Source of the DNA: Phoronis australis
Lineage: Eukaryota > Animalia > Phoronida
Direction: 5' to 3'
Assembly (NCBI GenBank): GCA_002633005.1
Contig: NMRA01000649.1
Location: 164,240 to 228,239 of the forward strand
Length of the DNA: 64,000 bases
The notes below the pieces were generated by a model. It was not told the origin of the DNA. It ran no database searches and saw only the letters and a program-made list of their open reading frames with translations. Position numbers and translations under genes: made by a program. Of the stretch, positions 38,416 through 50,519 are shown piece by piece; positions within the stretch are counted from its first letter, which is position 1; each line of letters begins with the position of its first letter.

Positions 38416-41370
38416 ATGTCAATGCGTATTAACTCACCGGAATTTAGCGGGACGAAGTCCTATGAGCGTTACAAACAAGAACTCTTAGCGTGGAATGAGG
38501 TCACGACCCTTGAGAAATCTAAGCGCGGAATAGCGATTGCACTGTCGTTGCCCGAAACGGACTCAGGCATCCGTCAACAGGTGTTTGACGAACTAGAAAT
38601 TGCGGTGCTCAAAGCAAATGACGGCTTGGATAAGGTCATCCAATTTTTTTATTCCAAATTAGGCAAAGACGATTTATCAGATAGCCTTGAAAAATTCGAA
38701 GTTTTCGAGGATTACGAGCGCAAGGATAGACAATCTGTTACTGAATACATCCAAGTGTTTGATCAGTATTACAACAGAATAGTTAAAAAGGCCGGTATGT
38801 CACTGCCGTCTGAAATTCTAGCTTTCAAGCTGCTGCGCAAAGCAAACATTTCAAAAGATGAAAAATTGCTAGTGCTCACCGGCATGGACTACAACAAGAA
38901 ATCAGAGCTCTATGAACAAGCAAAAACGTAACTCAACAAATTCAAGGGTGAGACTGTGAGGGCGGGGCTGTAACCGGTAATAATGGCATCAAACTCGAAC
39001 CAGCGTGGTTAGTGGAAAATGAAGACGTACTCCTTGCCGCGGGTTATGCGCGCCGACCTCCGTGGCGAGGCCGAGGTAGAGGTGGTCGTGGACGAGGACA
39101 TACGCAGCCGGGCGTCAGTTATGACAGGCAACCGGATAGGATCAAACGGAAAATGTATGACATGCATGTGCTGTGGTTCCTACAGGCACCTCATTGCCAA
39201 GTGTCCCGATAGTTGGGAGAATATGTCCAACACTCACAATTCTGAACATGCTGTGCTTTTTACCGGGAGCAAGAGCGGCTTAAGCCAACTTACGCGTGAA
39301 GCGCAAAACTCCGTAGTCCCGGACAGCGCTTGCTCTAGTACTGTCTGCGGTGAACAGTGGTTGGGTGACTCATTACATCGAGTGTCTAAGCGAGACCGAC
39401 AAGCGTAACGTGAAGCGTAACCCAGGCGTTAGATCATTCAAATTCGGTAGTGGGCACAGCCTCCCTTCGAGGGCCAGCGTTGAGATCCCAGCCGTACTGG
39501 CGGGAAAGTCTGTCACGATCAAAACAGATGTGGTTGAATCCGAAATACCACTCTTGTTATCTAAACAAGCGATGAAAGAAGCTTAAGTGAAACTAGATCT
39601 AGAGAACGACACCGCTGAGGTTATGGGCGAGCGAGTCAATTTGCAACAAACGACATCGGGTCATTATTGTGTGCCAATCGTTCCATCGCGTACTGTGGAA
39701 GAGCACGAAGTGTTCGCTGTTAATCTTCAGCACCTTACCGCAACAGATCACAAGAAAGCTCTGCTCAAATTGCATAGGCAGTTTGCGCATCCTCCCTCTG
39801 ACAAACTCGTTGGCTTGCTTAAAGACGCTGGGGTGTATGATGACTGTTTCCTGGATGATTTGTCTGCGATTCGGGACAATTGTGACTTGTGTAAAATCCG
39901 CGCGAAAACGACCCCGAAACCAGTCGTTGCGTTTCCTATGGCCAACGATTTTAATGATGCTGTTGCATTCGATCTTAAGAAGTGGAAATCGCGCTGGATT
40001 CTTCACATGGTTGATATGTGGTCCCGTCTGACAATCTCCGTGTTTATTGACAGAAAGAAACCATCCGAAGTAATGGACAAAATAATGACTCACTTGGTTG
40101 GTGCTGGATTTGGCATTCCGAAAGCGATTTTGTCGGACAATGGCGGGTAATTCAGTTCGGATGAAACTCGAGAAGTGGCCAGTATTTTGAACATGAAACT
40201 GCACACTACTGCTGCCGATAGTCCATTTCAGAATGGTTTGTGCGAACGCGTGCACGCAGTTACCAATAGTATGCTGATAAAGCTTGAGGATGAGTTCCCC
40301 AAAACCGATTTAGCTGTGCTGCTGTGTTGGGCGAATGTTGCTCGAAATTCTCTGCATATGTGGAACGGATTCAGTAGTTATCAGTCTTTGGCAGGAATCC
40401 GAACTTGCCCAATATCATGTCCGACGATTTGCCCGCCATGAAGGGAATTACCTACAGCAAGACTCTTGCGAAACACTTGAATGCGCTGTACGCCTCGATA
40501 AGAGCGTTTATGGCGTCTGATGCGGATGAGAAAATTAGAAGGGCGTTGCGTTACAAAGTGAGATCATCGGAACAATTGTTTGAGCATGGTGCTGTTGTTT
40601 AATACAAGCGTGAAGACCGAGAACGATGGCTCGGACCCGGAAAATTTTTGTTTCAAGACGGCAAGGTGGTGTTCATGCGCCATGGCGATTTAATCGTGCG
40701 CGTGTCTCCTATGAGACTTGTGAAAGCCGGTGAGGCACTTGGCACCCAGTCTGATGATAGTGATTCTGTTTCACAAAATGACATTTCCGATCATGGTAAC
40801 GCGAACGATTGTACACCGACTAGAAACGTTGCGTGTAGTGAACAGCTTGGTGCCTCGAATAGTGACAGTTGTGAGAATAAAAGTGACACTGCAGTTCGCC
40901 CCGACATACGCATCAGGTACAAAGTCCTCCCATCGAACGAATGGGTTACAGCTACCGTGCTAAGTCGTGCGGGAAAAGTTTCGGGAAAGTACAAACACCG
41001 GTTTAATGTGCAGTTAGATGACGGTGGAGAAGATTTGAGCGTTGATCATGTGAATGTCGCCGAATGGGAAACTATTGCCGAGGAAGAAGTAAATCTCGTG
41101 CTTATTCCCAAATTGCGTCACAACGAGTCCGAGTGCGTTATTGCGAAACAAGTTGAACTTGGCAAGTTGAAAGAATTCGGTACCTACGAAGCGGTAAGTG
41201 ACAACGGAAAAAATAACGTGTCCACCACCTGGGTTTTGTGGAATAAAGGTGATCAAGTGCGAGCGAGATTGGTCACCAGAGGCTTTGAGGAGCAGGCGGA
41301 CGTGCCGCTGGACTCGCCCACCATTGGTAAAAGTGCATTGCGGGTGTTTTTGGCAGTGGCATGCTGTCTA
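38416..41370 (+). mobile_element. Ty1/Copia LTR retrotransposon, GalEa-like; gag-PR-IN-RT pseudogene, 3'-truncated
   Basis: gag SYERYKQELLAW..GIAIALSLP; zinc knuckle CMCCGSYRHLIAKC; protease DSACSSTVCG; integrase HRQFAH..CDLC, FDLK, SDNGG, QNGLCER; RT start STTWV..RARLVTRGFEE..DSPT; IN-before-RT order; several stops and frameshifts. Confidence 0.92.
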
Positions 41371-43615
41371 TGTAGGTATAAGTAAACAAAAACGATGACA
41401 TGTACAAACAACATACAGATAAGTAACAGCAAAAGGAGGCCCCGGCAAAAGTAAACCTATATAAAGCATGGAAAAAATGCTAAGTAGAGGATAACCCATG
41501 ATAGGGCATGAGGTAAACCAACAACAAATATAAAGGGGGCGGGAAAGACTGCCCGCGAGGGAGAACCCCAAAAAGGTGAGTGGAAAGGGCGTGCCAATGT
41601 AAACGCGGAATAAGGGAACTAGGAGACTGGCAATACAGGCGTCCGAGGGTGATAAGTGGTGTGAGTGAAAGAGACACTGGCAATACAGTTGCCCCGTGAT
41701 GAAAGGGGAGTGGTGAGTGAGGGGGGGGGGCACTGGCAATACAGTTGCCCCAGGATAAAGAGACAGTGTAAGGAGGGGAAGCACTGACTGTAGAGCTGCT
41801 GCCCCTGGGTGGTGGATGATCACGGCAATGAAGGAGTGAGAACGTTAGCAGCGGGCAAGTTTAAGGAGGAGAGACGAATGTAGTTCTTGAGCGCGTCAGA
41901 CTTCCACCGACCTATACGCTGAATGTTGGAGACTGGAATTTGGAGGGTAGCAGCGGAGGTGGCTGCACCAATACGAAAACTATGAGATTTATAGCGTTGA
42001 GGATCGAGACCGACGCACCCAAGTACCAAGTTAAGGTGGCGAATGAAGTAAGAGCGAGTTATGGGGGAACCATTAGGTAACTGGAAGAGGGGGCCGGAAG
42101 AGTGGTTGGAGAGAGTGAGGTAGTGTTGAAGGGTTGCAACAAGGCAATGGGGACCGGTAGAACGGGGGATAACGAGAATGTTAGGGGTGTGATCTTGATG
42201 TTTGAAGTGGGAGATAGTGAAAGAAATGGACGAAGAAGTGACTGAGACATCAGAGACCTGGAGGACAGAGAATGGGGATGAGGCAGGGGTGGCGACAGTA
42301 AATTCGCTAACACGAAGGAAGGCGTGAAAGGCGGTGGAAAACATAGCGGCACAGAGAGATGCATGGAAATGAGGGTTGAGAGCAGAGGGCAGGGCGTTGA
42401 GAAGGCGGTGAAGAATAGGTGTAGTTATGGGGAGCCGGGTGTCCACGGATGGCCGCGAATTGGAAACCCCCTTCAGAATTTTCTTGACCAGAAAAGAGGA
42501 GGTAGGGTCAGGCAAGGGGTCCAGTTTATGAATGAAACCGATGGCGGAGACATAGGTAGAGATGGTACATGCAGTTAAGCCAGACGAGATGAGATGTGCT
42601 ATGTAAGAAGCTAAGGTCGATGTGGAGACGGGAAACACAGGCAAGGGGCATGCTGATGATGAATGGTAGTGGAGGAAATGTGAAAGGGCGCGGCGGTAGG
42701 TTGAAATGGTGGATGGGGCAAGGGACGACTGGAGGAGCGAAGTCAGAACGTAAGGAAGTGCTGTGGAACTGTGGTATGTGTTGGAGAGAGCCATGGAGCC
42801 ATGGAAAAGGCATCCTGGAAAAGAAATTGAGACAACTTATAGGCAATGAAATTAGTTTTGCCAGGGATGTGTTTGGCCTTGAAATGGATATTATGGTGTA
42901 GGGTAGAGAGGACCAGGCGTCGGACGAGGCGCATAATGTGAGGGTCCTTAGAGGAAGTCTTTTTGATGATATGCACCACGGAATGGTTGTCGCACATGAA
43001 AAGAATACGATGGTTAGCAAGTTTGGGTCCCCAGATTTCTAACGATAGGGATGAGCTCCTTGAAGGCGATAGGTAAATGGGAGATGGATGAGGGCCAAGG
43101 GCCAGAAAATCAGTTAGACCCGCAAACCGTGGCGAATCCCCCGTGGAACGAGGCCGAATCAGTATACAGTTTGAGTGATTGAGAAGAGGTCCAATGCTCA
43201 AAAAGGAACATGGATTTGCCGTTGAAGGGGTGGAGGAATGTAAGCCAAGCACGAATGTCCGCACGCACGGGATCCTTTGGTGAGAGTGACGTGATGATGA
43301 GGCTGAGATATGCCATGGGTGAGATCGGTGAGGCGACGAAGGAAGACTCGGCTGGTAATGATGACAAGGCAAGCGAAATTGAGAAAACCAATGAGAGACT
43401 GAAAATCACGTAGTAGGACCGACCTTTTATTCTGGAAGGACTGCAGGAAATGTAGGGCCTTAGTGAGTTTGTCCTGGGGAAAGGAAGCCGTCATGAATTG
43501 GGAGTCGAGATAAATGCCGTAGATAGTGATGGATGTCGTTGGAAGGACAGTCTTTTGGTGACTGATGGGGACGCCTATTTCTTCACAGAAAGTGAGAAAC
43601 GTGCGGAGATACGCG
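41371..43615 (-). mobile_element. DIRS/Ngaro-type tyrosine-recombinase retrotransposon, 5'-truncated
   Basis: RT tail FCEEIGVPISHQKT..YGIYLDS, FQSLIGFLNFAC; RNase H LYTDSAS, FMCDNHSVV, HIPGKTNFIA; overlapping YR ORF. Confidence 0.92.
41820..42794 (-). CDS. Tyrosine recombinase (324 aa, open)
   Basis: SAM-like N-terminus (SSLAPSTISTY); catalytic motifs FLRVSE, HSFRIGAA and GRWKSDALKNYIR. Confidence 0.92.
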   Translation of the reverse strand: MALSNTYHSSTALPYVLTSLLQSSLAPSTISTYRRALSHFLHYHSSSACPLPVFPVSTSTLASYIAHLISSGLTACTISTYVSAIGFIHKLDPLPDPTSSFLVKKILKGVSNSRPSVDTRLPITTPILHRLLNALPSALNPHFHASLCAAMFSTAFHAFLRVSEFTVATPASSPFSVLQVSDVSVTSSSISFTISHFKHQDHTPNILVIPRSTGPHCLVATLQHYLTLSNHSSGPLFQLPNGSPITRSYFIRHLNLVLGCVGLDPQRYKSHSFRIGAATSAATLQIPVSNIQRIGRWKSDALKNYIRLSSLNLPAANVLTPSLP

Positions 43616-43619
43616 TAAC

Positions 43620-46600
43620 TATAATGATTTTAAAGCGCTTTACGCTAGTACTCATGTTGACAATTACCCTCTGCCGTTGGCTGACCATTTCAAGGTGTCG
43701 ACACATTTTGTTCATTTGAGTCAGGTTTGTTTACCTCTCAGAGAGTTTGGCTTAAAATTAAAGCCCAAGAAATGTGTTCAGTTCTGTTCTCAAGTTGACT
43801 TTTTGGGACGTTTAGCTGATGGCAATGCTTTGTCCGTGAATCATGAGCATATTGAAGTCATTCAGGATTGGCCTAGACCAAGGAATGTTAAAGAGGTTCA
43901 GCGGTATTTGGGTCTTCTGAATTACTGTACCACACATTGTTTGGTGATAGATTCTCTGAATCTGCTGCTGTATATGCTCAAAGTCAAAGTTGATTACATT
44001 TGCTCTCAGGAACAACAGACGTTTCCTGTGGGTTTGAAGAAATGTCTAGTCAGTCCCCCGGTCCTAGTTTTGCCAACTAGGAATTTGGTTTATTTTGGAT
44101 AATGATGCTTCTGATGTAGGCATACGTGGTAATCTGTTATAGATATAGCAGGGGAAGGAGAAGGTTATTGCATATGCTAGTGTCTCCCTCACTCCAGAAC
44201 AGCGTCGTTATTGTATTACGCGTCAGGAACTTTTGGCTTGGCTATAAGGCCTATCCGTTTTACTAGACAGTTTCGTCAAATCTTGCTGGGTAAACCATTT
44301 CGGGTGCACATAGATCGCAGTCATTTGCAATGTCTGATTTTGAAAATCCTAAGAGTCAGTTAGCCAGCCAATATGAAATGTTAATTGAGAACCGCCAGGG
44401 TTGTCATCAAAGTGGTAGGCCTACATGTACTTCTCATGCTTTGTCTCTTTTGGATTATCCTATCAGTTGTTGGGAATACCGTCATAGAGTAAGATTGGAG
44501 GATTTACCTTGCAGTGGATGTTCGTATTGTACTCGCTTGCACGGTGCCTAGAAAAAGTTTATAGTTGAGGCGGAAGATGTTCAACAATTGTTTAAACGTA
44601 GGCGGAGAGCATTTGTAAAGAGGCCTTGCTAGTACTGAGAGGGAGCCAAGGAATTGTTTGCAATTTACAGGATTGATTTTGTAACGTCTGGAAGGAATAT
44701 TGTTTCGAAACAGAGTAAAGATCTTCATTTATCATTGTTGTTGACCTGGCTGGAACAGGGGGTGTCGTCTGATGTAGGAGCGTTATTTGTAGCTACATGT
44801 AGCAAGGAGTCTTGGGTCCATTGTGATCGATTTTTGCTTAAGGGTGATTGTGTTTTTTTTAAGCGATAGGAGGATGACAGGCTGGTTTGTTATATTCCCT
44901 CCTCATTACGAGTTCCTTGCTATAGGTCATGATATTCCCGGTTCGGGGAGTCCTAACAGTATGAAAGCAAAGTGTTATTGCAACTTATGACATCCGCAAT
45001 TAAGCAGTATTTCAGCACATGCGATAGGTGTGGTAGGAGTAAGAAATCCAATTAATAATCCTAAAAAGCCCTTAAACAATGTTCATGCATCTTTACCAAT
45101 GAAGCGGGTGCGTGTAGACTTTTTAGATTCATTGCCAGTGACACTCCGAGGAAAGGAGCACGTTTTAGTCAAGATTGATCAGTACATAAAGTGGGTGGAT
45201 TGTATCCTACCAGTCCCAGACAGCAGTGGTTACCGCTCAGGCCGCAGTGTGGCATTTCTTTTCCCCGTTTTGGATTTCCTTTCTTTACAAATAGGGGAAT
45301 AACTTTGAAAATAAACTGCTCGTGTACTCAACTATGCACTTTAACAAAGGCTACGGCGTAGTGCTAATGGACAATATAAGCGATTTAATTGCACGTTGAT
45401 GGATGCAGTGCGCTGCTTAGTGAATCTGCAACAATCGGATTGAGACTTTTACATTCTGCAGATAGCTTGTGCCTTGCGATCATGTGTTAATAGGAATACT
45501 GGTTTTAGTCCTAATGACTTCATGTTTGGTCTTGAATTTGTTTTGCCAACTAATAGTACATGTATCTAGCCAGTTCCATTGAAGCTATTGGGGAGGCTTA
45601 TGAGACTGCAAGAAAAGTTCTACGAGTATCCCAGAAACATTTGAAGCTGGCTTATAACGTTGAATTCTAAAAGTTAAACTATTCAGTCGGTTAGCCAGTT
45701 TTAATTTTAGATTCTGCCACTATTAAAGGAGTGTGTAAAAACATCCTCTCCTTGGACAGGCCTAGAATTATGTGCATAAATTATCCAATTACTTATATAT
45801 AGTCAAAAGCAGTAACTTCATTACACTCGTGAACTATAGACTAAAAGCCAGTAAACGTAGGAAGTCGCCTGGTTGAATTGAACGTCATATGCAGGATGCT
45901 CAATTGTTGCAGGAGGTGATTAAATATAAAGGTAAGTTTTACTGTGTTTGTTGAAGACCATACAGTCGTCGCATTATGACACAGTGTAGTGACTGCAAAT
46001 ACTGGTTTCATAATGACTGCGTGAACCTGGATGACGACCAACTAATTTATTTTGACGGCAAAACATTTTTATTGTCTTTTCTGTGGTATCCCACCCGTTG
46101 TATCAGTCGATTGCACAGACGGAGGATGTCAAGGCTGGTATGAAGGAACTTCCGTCACCAGAAGAGCCGATGTCAATTTAATGAAAGGTAAACCGATTCT
46201 GGGTGGTATGAAAGACCAGGTTAAGACCCGGTGGCCCCTCTTAATGGAATTATGCAAAGGGGACTCCTGCAGAAGCCTGACTTACTACATTACGACGCTA
46301 CAACGTACCTCCTTGACTCTGGTAGGACAGAGGTAGAATTACTGGAAGTTGGGCTGGTGAGACAATTAATGGTGGATGCTGAACCAGCAGCCACTCAAGT
46401 AGTCCCGAGAGTCCTGGAAAATGACTCATCCACGTCAGATCCGAGAAAAGAGGACGTCAGGGAGCGTGACTCCACGTCGGAATATTTGGTAATAAATGAG
46501 GTGTCCGACTCTACTGAAGAGCCCACACCAATGAAGTGAAGTTTGATGCACAGGCAGTGCTTAGACCAGCACGCCACCTAAGAGAGGAATGCCTTCCGTA

Positions 46601-47220
46601 GAGTCGTATTCTCCGGCAGAAAGATCCGGCTCACGAGAGCCTTTTACACACAGGAAGGCTTCATCATGAGCAGAGACTCCTAAGCCCCTGAGATTCACCC
46701 TCACTTCGTGTGGGGGGCCCTGCCTCGCCGGAGGCGACACCAGGCCCGTCATAAGGAAAAAGAGTAACTAGACCACGAAAACCCCGGATGCCAAAGTCTT
46801 AGGGAGGTCCGAGATGGTTACAGCTGTGTTCCGTTTGCAAGGGTCGCTTCAGCCAGCTGCGGGAGCAGGTATATCGGCAGCATTCCCCTACTCTTTTTCA
46901 CACCATAGGTGTCACCTCCTTGGATAGTGCGGGGCTCGTGTAGGAAGTCTTCATCGTGTGAGAAGAGATCACCTGAGTCGTGTGGAGGGGGGCGATAACC
47001 TGAAGTTGATACTCCACATGTCTTGGGGACCAGAATAGCTGGTGATAGGAACGACCGATAACCATGTCCAAGATTTCAAGCTGACGTGTGATATTCTAGA
47101 GGCTAATGACTACAAGACTATAACAAGGTGTCACGCGTTTCAAGTGTGGCACTCCTCCTACATTGGAGGCTGCTAGTGGTGTTGTTATCGCCTTAGTAGA
47201 TTCCTGAAAGAGAATCAAAC
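43620..47220 (+). mobile_element. Decayed Ty3/Gypsy pol (RT-RH-IN) with PHD finger and a downstream extra coding relic
   Basis: GLKLKPKKC..VDFLG, WPRPRNVKEVQRYLGLLNY, DASDVGI, RRYCITRQELLA, PMKRVRVDFLDSLPVT..HVLVKIDQYIKWV; many lesions; 3' boundary approximate. Confidence 0.85.
45937..46084 (+). pseudogene. PHD finger downstream of the Gypsy integrase
   Basis: FYCVC*RPYSRRIMTQCSDCKYWFHNDCVNL... / ..FYCLFC gives the C4HC3 pattern, with one stop and one frameshift. Confidence 0.8.
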
Positions 47221-47899
47221 ATTGAAGTTAGAAGCGAACATGCAGGTGAGCGCCCGACCATCTCGTGCAGAGCTAGTCATATGGGGTTTGTAGAACTAAG
47301 TACATCACAGTGTCTTGCCATACAAAACAAGGAGATGTGTTTTGCACTGTTGGAGAGCTTCGACAAAGTGACGAGAAGTTGATATATCATTTTTTAAAAT
47401 TTGAAGCAAAAAATGTGTTGACATTGACAGAAAATCAAAATCTTTGCAAACGTAAAAAAACAAATGAGCAGGTTGAATTCTGTTTCAGTGGTAGACAACG
47501 ACTCTGAATAATGCCATTTAGTCTTCTTTTTAGCGTTCTAAGCCTCTTTAACCGTTTTGATTCGGCGCTCCGCCCGAACAACAGTCCTCCCTTGTCAAAT
47601 GACTCAAAGTTGAGATTCAGAGTGATAGACCAATAAGAAGGCTGGGAATCGACAGCTTGTAGTCCACTACAAAGGAAATTAATAGGCCGGTCCGAAAATA
47701 TGAAAAAGAGGGGGCAGGTAAGACGTTAAAGTCCATATATGAACATTTAAGGAGTAAAATGCCATTTGCAAATGTAGGCCAATACCATTCCGGGCGTGCT
47801 TTCTTTATACGCACCTCACGGAAATGCAACATCACAATACATCTATGTATTACAAGCGAAGCACGTGATCAGTAACTTCCTCCACGATATTATTGGATC

Positions 47900-50438
47900 A
47901 ATTGAACTCGTCCCAGGTCAAAAAGCACACCTTCACTGGGTAACGGTCATAGGATATTAATCAAACAGGACGTTTTTGTTCGAGCAGGCTAGTTCAGTTG
48001 AGGTTAGCGTTCAAATATTCCAACTACAAATAGTCATTGCAGATGGCTGAGCACGTAGAAGGTAAGGCAAGATGTAGCATGCGTTTCGAGCATTAGGTGA
48101 GCTTAGTAGACAAGTTCGATCCTAGTTTGGACTTGGTGAAGTGTGTGCGTCAAACGTTTTCGTTGAGAAAATGCGCAATGTCAATCACGAACGGTCGTAA
48201 GTCTACCCCTAGTACAAGACAGAAACCGACACAGAACTTATTATAAGCTGATGCATAAGAACCCAACAAAGATGTTCATATTAAGCTAACTTCGGAGAAT
48301 CATATTTCAGAAAAATCTCATTGCATTCATACGAAACTTTCACGGCAGATGAATTTTATACACAGTTCTCCAAAATGCTGCTAGGAACTGTTCTACTGAC
48401 ACATGAGGCAATCAACACTAAAACTGTTAGATTTTTATGAAAACTTTTGAATTAAATTTAAAGTTAACTTTTAAAAAAGCAGCCTCAAATGAAAAAGAAA
48501 CGAAAATTCTGAAAACTGTGATTGCGTTTTTGAGATTTCACGTAAACAGTTGAGCCTTTGTATCATACTACAACTTTGATATGTTATTGATACTGTTGTT
48601 TTGCTATGAATGTACTTTTCTTTTTTGCGAATTTTGCCAAAAGTACAAGGTCACTCGTGACTCAATTAATGGCATATTGGCAAAAACATAAGGTCAAAAT
48701 TTACTGGATTTCTACTTTTAGAAAATAATTTACTTAGTTACAATCTACATGTATAGTTTTGTAGATATTTGGCAAATCACAAAGACTAGTCAACGGGGTT
48801 CTATATCAACTCAACCAATGCATGTAAACTGATTCACTTGACAAGCAACCAAACAATTGCATCTTTGTATTCTAAGAAATACAGCCCGTCATATGCACAC
48901 TCGATCATCCCGGGGGTGCACTTATCCTTTAGAGTAGGGGGTGTAGCTTGGCTCTCAAATCTGGTACGTTACACCTGGAAAGAAAATCCGACTCATGTCT
49001 ACCATAATCTTTCCTATGATGCTAGTAGTATATTCTTGTATATGGTATTTTATATATTTGTTTTTATTTCGTAGTTATTTGTTTTATAACGTATGTAATT
49101 ATTTGTCGGTATACTAGCCTGTGGCTAATGTTTTCTCTTGCTTTACTTAAACCGATTATAAATACGTGTAAATTGGCTTGCACAGCATTCCTATACCTAT
49201 TAAAAGACTAGTTTAAAACATGACAAATATTTATACCTGATCTGCAAAAAAAATAAAAATTAACGATCATGATTGCTAGTCGGATCGCAGGATTTGACGT
49301 CTTTCAAAACCACGTAAATATCCATACCGTGCAGAGAATTGTCGTGCAGAAACTTGCATCAAAATAATCATTTCTCACACCAAGGCTTAATCTGAAATGG
49401 CACCCCGACCCCATATTTGTACCAAAGCGCTGAAATAGTGACCAAAACCTATACAAAAGTTCGAAGAAATTGCGATCACAAAGAGATTGTTGAAGGTGAT
49501 CGATCACTTGGTGTGCAGAAATTCGAAGAAGTTGTGAATACAGAGACTGCTGTAGGCGAACGATCAACTACAATCATTTCTATTATTTGACTAAAGATAC
49601 ATTGTTTAGTATATTGTCAAGCGATAATTTTCATGTTTTTATGGCTAAAGGTGTCCACAAGGTAAATCGATCTTTCAACCGGTTAGCTTGGGCGACACAC
49701 CATAGTAAGCTGGCGGGGGGTATAGCCCCAGTTTTTTCAGGGCTGCACCGCCCATGGTTAGGTCTGGCTGAAATGTGTGACTCCCATTGCATATAGTTAA
49801 ACTAGGTCAAGATAAGAGTTGTAGCCACCAACGTGACCGAGTAAGGTTACAGTCGCCTATAAACAGGTAAAGTTTGTTTGCGCTGTCTCCCGGGGCTGCC
49901 ATCAGACGAGTATAACCCTGCATTTTATCAGGTCCCGCGCGGTATCGGATGTGCAATCTAAAAAGTAGATCCTCATACTTCTACCTTGGGAACCAGTGAA
50001 TCCCTTAGACTCAGTTCCGAGCACGTTGACGGCGACAGCGGCTGCCTACTAACAATTTGTGAAGAAAGCCAAGATGACTGGAGCATGTAGGAGTTGAAAG
50101 AGTTAAAGACATAGCCTGTCGCTAAGCAATATTCCTTATACACGTGACGTTTTTACAATGGCCTGAACTTTGATTTGTCAGCGAGTAAAAGTTCAACAAT
50201 GTCCCGCGCTTTACTGCTACCTTATTAGCAAATTCTGTCCATTTGAATTGACATGTAAATGAAGCTGCAATGGTGTATCTAAGATGTTCTAAGGAACGCC
50301 AGCACATTGTTCGTGGGCAAACTGTCAGCATCAGGCTCAAATATGGCATACCAACTTGTTCATGAATCGTGTCCGTATACGAGGCCACCCTTTCCCCCAA
50401 ATCCGCCGATGAGCTGTGTCTATCCCGTCCGCATGAGG

Positions 50439-50440
<2 letters not shown>
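47900..50440 (-). repeat. Longest copy of the old unclassified repeat or decayed ORF
   Basis: Covers both 1-1756 and 16405-17125 collinearly. Confidence 0.8.
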
Positions 50441-50471
<31 letters not shown>

Positions 50472-50479
50472 AAACTAGG

Positions 50480-50517
<38 letters not shown>
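50440..50517. repeat. (TA)n microsatellites at the 5' flank of the Penelope-like element
   Basis: Direct reading; matching (TA)n at 52504-52528. Confidence 0.95.

Positions 50518-50519
<2 letters not shown>

Noticed and set aside
39599-40255. 218-aa minus-strand ORF
   Set aside because: Antisense shadow of the Copia integrase.
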